From positions 1,530,001 to 1,562,000 of the forward strand of contig NZ_CP007754.1 of the NCBI RefSeq assembly GCF_000757865.1: a stretch of DNA of 32,000 nucleotides, given 5' to 3'. A program made the position numbers and the translations under genes. This stretch comes from Prochlorococcus sp. MIT 0801. Its GTDB lineage: Bacteria; Cyanobacteriota; Cyanobacteriia; PCC-6307; Cyanobiaceae. Within the stretch, counting starts at the first letter, position 1. Each line of letters opens with the position of its first letter. Below are positions 24,819-32,000 of the stretch, in pieces. The notes under the pieces are model-generated. The model made no database searches and was not told the DNA's origin. It saw only the letters and a program-made list of their open reading frames with translations.

Positions 24819-25238
24819 CTACGGCATAGATAGAAACTGAATAATTAACGCTGGTTTATAAAGCAAAAATCCTAATAAAGCCGGAATCAAATCAAGTTGA
24901 GGAAATCTAGAAGATACCAAAACCAAAAGAACCGGAACTAATAACTGGACTTTACCGACGATTTTTGATGAAGTACCTAACCTTCCAATTCCGCGAGCAA
25001 GCAAGCGAAAATAAAAAATTCCTGATAAAGCACCAATAAATAGGCTTGCGCCAGCTTGGATTCCCCAAAAGAAACCTGCTATGCCAACAGAAAAAATAGT
25101 CAATAAAAAAGCCAGACGGAATACTCGAAATTGAAGTTCAAGATATTCGTCTGATTTGACTCCGGACGATAAATCCGATGAATCAAAATCCAGTAGAGGA
25201 TCATGACTTGAGCAATTTTCAACAGTCTCAGATGCCAC
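24819..25238 (-). CDS. atpI: ATP synthase protein I (atp1-like small membrane protein)
   Basis: 139 aa with a hydrophobic C-terminal two-thirds, as first gene of the atp operon. The GTG start is preceded by aagaggaattttt (SD-like GAGGA). There is no internal ATG. Confidence 0.7.
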   Translation of the reverse strand: MASETVENCSSHDPLLDFDSSDLSSGVKSDEYLELQFRVFRLAFLLTIFSVGIAGFFWGIQAGASLFIGALSGIFYFRLLARGIGRLGTSSKIVGKVQLLVPVLLVLVSSRFPQLDLIPALLGFLLYKPALIIQFLSMP

Positions 25239-25607
25239 AAAAATTCCTCTTATTTGAGTTCATCAGTGATAGCGAGAAGTTGTTTGAAATCAAGACACCT
25301 AAGCTCTCTGCAAAGGCCCGCGGAATCTATCACGAGACTTGCATCAAAACAAAAAAAATTTATCAATAAAATTGAAAAGTTAGCTAATTTTATAACTTGA
25401 GCAAGAATTTTCAGTATAATTCTAAGTCTTAAAATTTAAATCAATAGATAATCTATATTAAAAATTTAATGCTGATGACATGACATTTTATAACTAGAGA
25501 TTCATCTGTTTTTTTTATTTTGTCTCTAAAAACTAACAATTAATTACATTTAGAGACTTGGCAAGATGGCAATTAAGCGGCTCAATGGTTTATAAGCAAA
25601 AGATCCT

Positions 25608-26840
25608 TTGAGTAATATTTCGAATAAAAAAATTCATTCAAAACCCAGAAGGAAAAATACTTATGAATCAAAAGATTATCTAGATAATCTATTAAGCAAC
25701 AAGATACTTCCATTGCATTGGTCTTTTTGGCCCAAGGAAGGGCGTTTGATAATGGGATTATTTGTTTTTTGGAGCATATCGGGAATCTTTATTCTTGGAT
25801 CAGCTAGTTGGTGGGTAGCTATTAGAGAGATGGGTGAAGGTGCTTATTACATAAAAAGACAACTCATTTGGCTGGTCGCGAGTTGGAGTATTTTCTACCT
25901 AGCAATAAATATCAATCTTAAAAATTGGCTTAAAATATCAGGACCATGCCTTTTTATAGGTATGGTCCTGATTGCATCAACAAGCTTTTTCGGTAGTACC
26001 GTTAATGGTTCTACTAGATGGTTGATTATCGGCCCAGTCCAAATTCAACCATCTGAGTTAATCAAACCTTTCATCATTCTCCAAAGTGCAAAGCTTTTTG
26101 GTCAATGGGAAAGAATAAATTCAGAAAAAAAAATTTTTTGGTTAACTATTTTTGCATCTATTATTTTATTAATTATAAAGCAGCCAAATTTAAGTACAGC
26201 TGCATTAATCGGGATATTACTTTGGATGATTGCATTAGCATCCGGTATTAACTTCAGATATCTTTTTAACACTGCTATATCAGGCTTTTTTATTGGTGCA
26301 ACAAGTATTTTTTTTAATGACTATCAACAAAGTCGCGTCATGTCATTTATAGACCCTTGGAAAGATCCACAAGGGAGTGGATATCAATTAATTCAGAGTC
26401 TTTATGCTATTGGTTCAGGTGGTCTATTTGGGGAAGGTTATGGTCTTTCAATGCAAAAATTACAATACTTACCCTACAGGAGTACTGATTTTATATTTGC
26501 TGTTTTTGCTGAAGAATTTGGCTTCTTTGGATCAATTTTACTTTTATTATTTTTGCTTGTAGTTGCATATTTAACCCTGAAAATATCTCTTAATTGTAGA
26601 AATAATTATTCTAAACTAATCTCTATGGGATCAGGTACTATTCTTGTTGGCCAATCAATTATGCACATAGCAGTTTCATCAGGAGCAATGCCTACAACTG
26701 GTCTTCCCTTCCCTATGATTAGCTATGGGGGAAACTCATTGATTTCAAGCTTTTTAATAGCGGCCCTATTGGTCAGATCGTCTATTGAATCTTCAGAGTT
26801 ATTAATTAAAAATGCCTCAAATAGACTTCTAACTAGATAA
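25608..26840 (+). CDS. ftsW: SEDS-family peptidoglycan polymerase, FtsW-like
   Basis: 410 aa and polytopic, with IQPSELIKP, GSGYQLIQSLYAIGSGGLFGEGYG, TDFIFAVFAEEFGF and LPFPMISYGGNSL. The start is TTG. FtsW and RodA cannot be separated by eye. Confidence 0.8.
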   Translation: MSNISNKKIHSKPRRKNTYESKDYLDNLLSNKILPLHWSFWPKEGRLIMGLFVFWSISGIFILGSASWWVAIREMGEGAYYIKRQLIWLVASWSIFYLAININLKNWLKISGPCLFIGMVLIASTSFFGSTVNGSTRWLIIGPVQIQPSELIKPFIILQSAKLFGQWERINSEKKIFWLTIFASIILLIIKQPNLSTAALIGILLWMIALASGINFRYLFNTAISGFFIGATSIFFNDYQQSRVMSFIDPWKDPQGSGYQLIQSLYAIGSGGLFGEGYGLSMQKLQYLPYRSTDFIFAVFAEEFGFFGSILLLLFLLVVAYLTLKISLNCRNNYSKLISMGSGTILVGQSIMHIAVSSGAMPTTGLPFPMISYGGNSLISSFLIAALLVRSSIESSELLIKNASNRLLTR

Positions 26841-26857
26841 TCTGGGTAAGACTTAGA

Positions 26858-27598
26858 GTGACAAATCTCTTTTTGAACATTTTTTCTACAAGTTTAATCT
26901 TCTCTGATTTGACTCGTCATGGCGAGCATTTAATTAACAATGGACTCAATAATCCAACCCCCCTAACAATTCTGATAGTTTTCACGGGAGGACTTTTGAC
27001 TAGCTTGGGTCCCTGTTCATTGTCACTTTTGCCAATCACAGTTGCATATTTAGCTGGATTTAAAAATAACCAAAACCCATTACAAAAAACGATTAGTTTC
27101 TGCGGCGGTATAGTTATATCACTTGTGGTATTAGGAAGTCTAAGCGGTTTTTTAGGAAAAATTTATGGTCAATTACCAGGTTTCTTTTCAATATTCATTA
27201 GTTTTCTAGCAATAATTATGGGTCTTAATCTCCTTGGGATTCTTAAATTCTCACTTCCATCTGGTCCTGACCCTGAAATTTGGAAAAATCAAGTTCCTCC
27301 CGCATTCGCACCAGTTTCAGCAGGTTTTGCTTTTGGATTAGCCTCCTCACCTTGCACTACTCCTGTTCTTGCAGTTCTTCTAGCCTGGGTTGCTAAACAA
27401 GGAAATCCTCTTAGTGGCACAATTTTTCTTGGAAGTTTTGCAATTGGACAGATTGTGCCTTTATTTGTAGCAGGTACCTTTGCAGCAAGTATTCCAAAAT
27501 TATTATCTTTACGACCTATTGGGGAATGGGTCCCGCCAATAAGTGGAGTAATTTTGTTAACCGTAGGTCTTGTAAGCCTTATTTCTATTTGGATATAA
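26858..27598 (+). CDS. ccdA: Cytochrome c biogenesis thiol-disulfide transporter CcdA
   Basis: DsbD-like transmembrane protein with the two conserved Cys motifs SLGPCSLSLLP and SSPCTTPVL. The start is GTG. Confidence 0.88.
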   Translation: MTNLFLNIFSTSLIFSDLTRHGEHLINNGLNNPTPLTILIVFTGGLLTSLGPCSLSLLPITVAYLAGFKNNQNPLQKTISFCGGIVISLVVLGSLSGFLGKIYGQLPGFFSIFISFLAIIMGLNLLGILKFSLPSGPDPEIWKNQVPPAFAPVSAGFAFGLASSPCTTPVLAVLLAWVAKQGNPLSGTIFLGSFAIGQIVPLFVAGTFAASIPKLLSLRPIGEWVPPISGVILLTVGLVSLISIWI

Positions 27599-27603
27599 AA
27601 TAG

Positions 27604-28884
27604 ATGAAAAAAATCAGCCAAGTTTTAAACTGGCTTTCTAGCTTAAAAATTGCGATATTACTATTACTAATAATAGCTATTGCATGTGCAACTGGGACTT
27701 TAATACCACAACAAGAATCAGATCAATTCTATTACGAGAATTTCAATAAGAATCCTTTTCTTGGAATAATTAATGGAAATATATTACTACTTTTTGAATT
27801 CAACCATGTTTATACAAGTGTTTGGTTTTTATTCTTACTTATTTGGCTTGGTTTAGCTCTTGCAGTTTGTAGTTTTAGAAGACAATTACCGATACTTAAA
27901 TCAGCATTAAAGTGGGTAGATTATAAATCACCTCGCCAAATAGCAAAACTTTCTATTGCTCAAACAATAGTGACTAATAATTATTCGGAGCACTTAGAAA
28001 AAATTAAAATTAATTTAAAAAAAAAAGGTTGGAATATAAAAGAAAAAGATGGAAGGATAGCGGCTCGTCAAGGAGTAATTGGTAGATTAGGACCTATATT
28101 AATTCATCTAGGAATGATCCTATTAATGATAGGGGCAACATACGGATCATTAAATGGGAAAACCATAGAAAAATTTCTAGCCCCTGGCAGATCAATAGAT
28201 TTATTAAACAATAATAAAGAGAAAGGCTTAACTATTGAATTGCAAAAGTTTAAAATCGAAAGAGACCCTCAAGGAAGAGCTGAGCAGTATAAGTCTGTAG
28301 TCAATATTAATGAGCCAGATGGAAATAATCAATCAAAAGAAATTAGTGTTAATCATCCTTTAAGATACCAAGGCCTAACATTATATCAAGCCGACTGGGC
28401 TTTGGCAGCCATTACTATTCAAATAAATAATAGCCCGAAATTACAAATTCCAATAGAAGCTATTCCTGAACTAGGTGAACAAGTTTGGGGTACCATTATA
28501 CCGACACAAAAAGATGGTAAAGACCCAATCTTAGTAACCGTAGATAGTGAACTAGGACCAGTAAATATTTTTGATAATGATGGTACATTACTTACAACCT
28601 TAAATATAAATAAGGAAGCAAAAATAAAAGAGATTTCAATAAAGATAATAAATATAATTCCAAGTAGTGGATTACTATTAAAGCATGATCCTGGGGTTCC
28701 TCTTGTATATACAAGTTTTGCTATAATAATTATTGGTGGTTCACTTAGTATTATTTCAACTAAGAAAATCTGGGTCTTACATGAAAAGGAAAAATCTAGG
28801 ATTTATATAGGTGGATTAAGCAACAGAAATCTATCTGGTCTTTCAAAAGAATTGCCAAGTTTAATTAGTTTCTTAGAGAGTTAG
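27604..28884 (+). CDS. ccs1: Cytochrome c biogenesis protein Ccs1 (ResB/CcsB-like)
   Basis: 426 aa with ATG start. It has an N-terminal transmembrane segment plus FRRQLP, then the ResB-like NHPLRYQGLTLYQADW, directly after ccdA. Confidence 0.9.
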   Translation: MKKISQVLNWLSSLKIAILLLLIIAIACATGTLIPQQESDQFYYENFNKNPFLGIINGNILLLFEFNHVYTSVWFLFLLIWLGLALAVCSFRRQLPILKSALKWVDYKSPRQIAKLSIAQTIVTNNYSEHLEKIKINLKKKGWNIKEKDGRIAARQGVIGRLGPILIHLGMILLMIGATYGSLNGKTIEKFLAPGRSIDLLNNNKEKGLTIELQKFKIERDPQGRAEQYKSVVNINEPDGNNQSKEISVNHPLRYQGLTLYQADWALAAITIQINNSPKLQIPIEAIPELGEQVWGTIIPTQKDGKDPILVTVDSELGPVNIFDNDGTLLTTLNINKEAKIKEISIKIINIIPSSGLLLKHDPGVPLVYTSFAIIIIGGSLSIISTKKIWVLHEKEKSRIYIGGLSNRNLSGLSKELPSLISFLES

Positions 28885-29295
28885 CTCTAAATTATTTCTT
28901 TTCCCATGACAGACTCTAATGATTGTATGAACATTACCTCTAGGATTAAAATCAGCCTCTAATTGCATCCACTTAGGATCAGAAACTTCAACAAAGTCGT
29001 CGATTATTTTATTAGTCACTTCTTCATGAGATATTTTCTTTTCTCGAAAGCCATTTAAATAAAGTTTAATTGCTTTTAACTCTATAACCATAGTATTTGG
29101 TTGATATTTAATTCTCAAAGTTGCAAAATCAGGATAACCCGAGAAAGGACATTTACATGTAAATTCAGGGAAATCTATTGAAATTTCATAATCTCTATTA
29201 CTATTTGGATTTGGGAAACAATTTAAGCGCCCATTCTCTATTTCTCTCTCCCCATACATAACTTTTTCATTGATGTCTTTTTCTTGTCTAATCAC
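28873..29295 (-). CDS. queF: NADPH-dependent 7-cyano-7-deazaguanine (preQ0) reductase
   Basis: Contains EFTCKCPFSGYPDFATL with the catalytic Cys, the QueF motif ELKAIKLYL, and FNPRGN. The start is GTG at 29295, with an alternative ATG at 29259. Its 3' end overlaps ccs1 by 12 nt. Confidence 0.92.
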   Translation of the reverse strand: MIRQEKDINEKVMYGEREIENGRLNCFPNPNSNRDYEISIDFPEFTCKCPFSGYPDFATLRIKYQPNTMVIELKAIKLYLNGFREKKISHEEVTNKIIDDFVEVSDPKWMQLEADFNPRGNVHTIIRVCHGKRNNLELTL

Positions 29296-29404
29296 AATTT
29301 ATTTGCATTTAAAACTCACACTACAGATAAATTCTATTAAAAATTGAAACTTTAAATAAATTTTTCTAATCAAAAAGTTACGGAATGATGGCAAAAAGCT
29401 GTTT

Positions 29405-29420
29405 TGTATCATTGGGTACA
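29405..29420. promoter_or_regulatory. Candidate NtcA binding site, TGTA-N8-TACA
   Basis: Read directly: tgtatcattgggtaca. It is embedded in a perfect 8-nt-arm inverted repeat gttttgta-N8-tacaaaac (29401-29424). It sits in the divergent spacer between queF (-) and the 75-aa ORF/glnB (+). Confidence 0.6.
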
Positions 29421-29468
29421 AAACTAATTACAGCTATCCCCCTTAATAGATAAAAATAAAGGTTTTAC

Positions 29469-29696
29469 ATGGACATAAGTCTTTTTGAAAAACAAAATGG
29501 AACTCAAATAGAACCAAAAAGCGTGCATGGACTCCTTTGGCTACAAACCCATTTTGAATCTGAACATTGGGAATCAATAAGTAATGGTCTGGTTATAATT
29601 CCTACCAAAGATGCAGAAATGCTTTGTGGAGATGCAGTAATTGCTGGTCTAAATGTAAATTTCATCAATTCTCTAACTCAAACGAACAAAATCTAA
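29469..29696 (+). CDS. Hypothetical 75-aa protein upstream of glnB
   Basis: ATG start with balanced, non-repetitive composition (..VHGLLWLQTHFESEHWESISNGLVIIP..). I recognise no motif. Its position between the NtcA box and glnB is suggestive. Confidence 0.45.
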   Translation: MDISLFEKQNGTQIEPKSVHGLLWLQTHFESEHWESISNGLVIIPTKDAEMLCGDAVIAGLNVNFINSLTQTNKI

Positions 29697-29718
29697 TAAA
29701 AACTATCTAAGATCCTAG

Positions 29719-30075
<357 letters not shown>

Positions 30076-30085
30076 ACCAAAAAAT

Positions 30086-30886
30086 TCAAAAGCTTAAAAC
30101 ATTCAACAATTTTTCGATTTCAATACCTCCCTCAACTTCATCACCCATCCAAAGAAGATATTCTTGATTTCCAGCAGGACCCTTTAAAGGTGATGCAATC
30201 AATCCTTTTGGGTACCACCCATATTTTTTAGATTCGTTTGCTACCCCTTCTATAGCCTCAGCATGCAGTGAATGATCACGAACCACCCCCCCCTTGCCCA
30301 CTTTATCTTTGCCAACCTCAAATTGAGGTTTCACTAATACAAGCAACTCAGATCGGTTAGATTTAAGAAGAGATTTAATACTGGGGAAAACAATTTTAAG
30401 AGAGATAAAAGATAAGTCTGCAACTGCGAAGTTTGGTATTGGGTCTCCATCATTGAATAATTTTTCAGGAGTTAAATGCCTAATATTAGTACGTTCCAAA
30501 AGAACCACTCTTGGATCATTTCTTATACTCCATGCCGTCTGACCATAACCAACATCAACTCCATAAACCTTTGCCGCTCCATGCTGCAAAAGACAATCTG
30601 TAAAACCACCAGTTGAAATCCCAGCATCTAAACAAACCCTATTCTTAATATCTAGTGGGAATTGATTAAAAGCTTCAGCCAACTTTTCACCCCCTCTAGA
30701 TACATATCTCAAGGACTGCGTAACTTTTATCTCAAGATCTTTTAAAACTTCTTGGCCTGGTTTATCAAGAACCTGACCGTTGATTGTTTTAACTTTGCCA
30801 GCTCTGATGAGCTTCTGAGCCTCTTGACGTGTTTTTACCAACCCTTTAGTCAGCAAGTGAAGATCTAATCGCGATTTTTTAGTCAT
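30086..30886 (-). CDS. tlyA: TlyA-family rRNA 2'-O-methyltransferase (hemolysin A-like)
   Basis: It has an N-terminal S4-like region (RLDLHLLTKGLVKTRQEAQKLIRAGKV) and a SAM-binding motif (LDAGISTGGFTDCLLQHGA..VYGVDVG). I prefer the ATG at 30886, because the track ORF extends to a TTG at 30952. Confidence 0.85.
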   Translation of the reverse strand: MTKKSRLDLHLLTKGLVKTRQEAQKLIRAGKVKTINGQVLDKPGQEVLKDLEIKVTQSLRYVSRGGEKLAEAFNQFPLDIKNRVCLDAGISTGGFTDCLLQHGAAKVYGVDVGYGQTAWSIRNDPRVVLLERTNIRHLTPEKLFNDGDPIPNFAVADLSFISLKIVFPSIKSLLKSNRSELLVLVKPQFEVGKDKVGKGGVVRDHSLHAEAIEGVANESKKYGWYPKGLIASPLKGPAGNQEYLLWMGDEVEGGIEIEKLLNVLSF

Positions 30887-30981
30887 TTGTTTACAAAAAC
30901 AAACAGGAAACGGAACAAAAACCGCAGAACTAGTGCTTATCCTCTTTTTCAATAGAGAATCTATTTAACTGACCAAAGGTT

Positions 30982-31242
30982 TTGTCTAAAAAGCTCAGGC
31001 ATCCAACAAATGAAAATGAGCTATCTTGCCATGGTCATTTTCATCTAACCTCAAAAAAACAAACTAGAGAAGTGCTTGAACTTCTACCTCCAGGAAGTTT
31101 TGCAATATTTTCAAATCATCCAAATGATTTGCCTCCCTTTCAAGTGATTGATTGCAAAGGAGGAAGATGCAGGGTAAGACAACAAGCTTGGGGAAGATAT
31201 GTCCATTGGGAAGTTGAACACAATAGACTCAAGTCAGCTTGA
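30982..31242 (+). CDS. Hypothetical small protein (start uncertain)
   Basis: 86-aa ORF with no ATG. Possible starts are TTG at 30982 or the in-frame GTG of ..REVLELL... The C-terminal text FQVIDCKGGRCRVRQQAWGRYVHWEVEHNRL looks protein-like. I cannot name a family. Confidence 0.4.
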   Translation: MSKKLRHPTNENELSCHGHFHLTSKKQTREVLELLPPGSFAIFSNHPNDLPPFQVIDCKGGRCRVRQQAWGRYVHWEVEHNRLKSA

Positions 31243-31286
31243 CCTTGAGGATCTAAATTAATAGTACCCTTTAACTTTGTAGCACT

Positions 31287-32000
31287 TTGATTGAGCGTTA
31301 CACAAACCCAGAGATGGGAAATATTTGGTCTGATCAAGCCAAATACCAAACATGGCTTGATGTTGAAATTGCCGCATGTGAGGCTAATTGCAAATCAGGG
31401 AAAATCCCTAAAAGTGCAATGGAAACGATTCGAACAAAGGCAAGTTTCAATCCAGAACGCATCCTCGAAATAGAAGAGGAAGTTCGCCATGACGTAATTG
31501 CCTTTCTAACAAATGTAAATGAATATGTTGGGGATGCTGGCCGTTACATTCACGTGGGAATGACCAGTAGTGATGTTCTTGATACTGGACTTGCGCTTCA
31601 ATTAAAGTCATCAGTCAAGCTTTTAACAAAAGAGCTTTTATTACTTGAAGAAGCTATTAGAGATTTAGCAAGGCAGCATAAGAAAACCGTAATGATTGGA
31701 CGTTCTCATGCGATTCATGGAGAACCTATTACTTTTGGATTCAAGTTAGCGGGATGGCTAGCTGAAACTCTCAGAAACAAAGAAAGGCTAAACAATCTTG
31801 AGAAAGACATTTCAGTTGGGCAAATTAGCGGGGCCATGGGTACTTATGCGAATACTGATCCAGAAATAGAAAGAATGACCTGCGAACTTTTGGAGCTTGA
31901 GTGTGATACTGCTAGCACTCAAGTTATCTCAAGAGATAGACATGCTAATTATGTACAGATTCTTGCTTTAATCGGATCTTCCTTAGATCGTTTTTCTACA
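31287..32000 (+). CDS. purB: Adenylosuccinate lyase, 3' end outside the window
   Basis: This gene is not in the ORF track because it runs off the window. Its frame reads (TTG)IERYTNPEMGNIWSDQAKYQTWLDVEIAACEA...RYIHVGMTSSDVLDTGLALQL...MIGRSHAIHGEPITFG. A stop lies at 31272-31274, and TTG at 31287 gives the canonical MIERYT N-terminus. Confidence 0.93.
   Translation, partial: MIERYTNPEMGNIWSDQAKYQTWLDVEIAACEANCKSGKIPKSAMETIRTKASFNPERILEIEEEVRHDVIAFLTNVNEYVGDAGRYIHVGMTSSDVLDTGLALQLKSSVKLLTKELLLLEEAIRDLARQHKKTVMIGRSHAIHGEPITFGFKLAGWLAETLRNKERLNNLEKDISVGQISGAMGTYANTDPEIERMTCELLELECDTASTQVISRDRHANYVQILALIGSSLDRFST

Noticed and set aside
25178-25369. 63-aa + strand ORF spanning the atpI 5' end and the atp promoter region
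   Set aside because: It overlaps the atpI start in antisense, has no recognisable motif, and the region is better explained as the atp operon promoter and leader.
29296-29404. Possible preQ1 riboswitch in the queF leader
   Set aside because: The minus-strand leader is almost pure A/T. It shows no compact hairpin followed by the conserved A-rich tail or CUA-type motif that I associate with preQ1-I/II. A covariance-model search would be needed to exclude it formally.
31140-31473. Track ORFs 31291..31473 (+) and 31140..31349 (-)
   Set aside because: The + ORF is out of frame with the clearly conserved purB reading frame that starts at 31287. The - ORF is antisense to purB and to the 86-aa ORF, with no motif.

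Overview
This AT-rich window (roughly mid-30s % GC by eye) looks like core chromosome of a marine picocyanobacterium, most likely Prochlorococcus. That assignment is an inference from gene content, synteny, protein sequences and frequent GTG/TTG starts. It is densely packed with housekeeping genes. These include both ATP synthase operons (atpD-atpC on +; atpI-B-E-F'-F-H-A-G on -), groES-groEL, gpmI-secG, rpoZ, pepP, nadD-nadE, ftsW-ccdA-ccs1, queF, glnB, a tlyA-like methyltransferase and the 5' part of purB, which the ORF track missed. I found no rRNA, tRNA, CRISPR array, IS element, integrase or defence-island-like cluster, and nothing I can defend as a clearly novel system. The points most worth a second look are: (1) a heavily decayed pyrR pseudogene between a divergent Hsp70 gene and gpmI; (2) a translationally coupled four-gene unit linking a DUF21-CBS membrane protein and a GTPase-DUF697 fusion to nadD-nadE; (3) a perfect NtcA box in front of an uncharacterised 75-aa ORF that precedes glnB; (4) a conserved-unknown gene pair (76 aa plus a DUF3326-like 370 aa protein) trailing the atp operon; (5) several non-coding structures, including a 34-nt homopurine tract, long hairpins and palindromes. 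All family assignments rest on motif recognition by eye and no searches were run.
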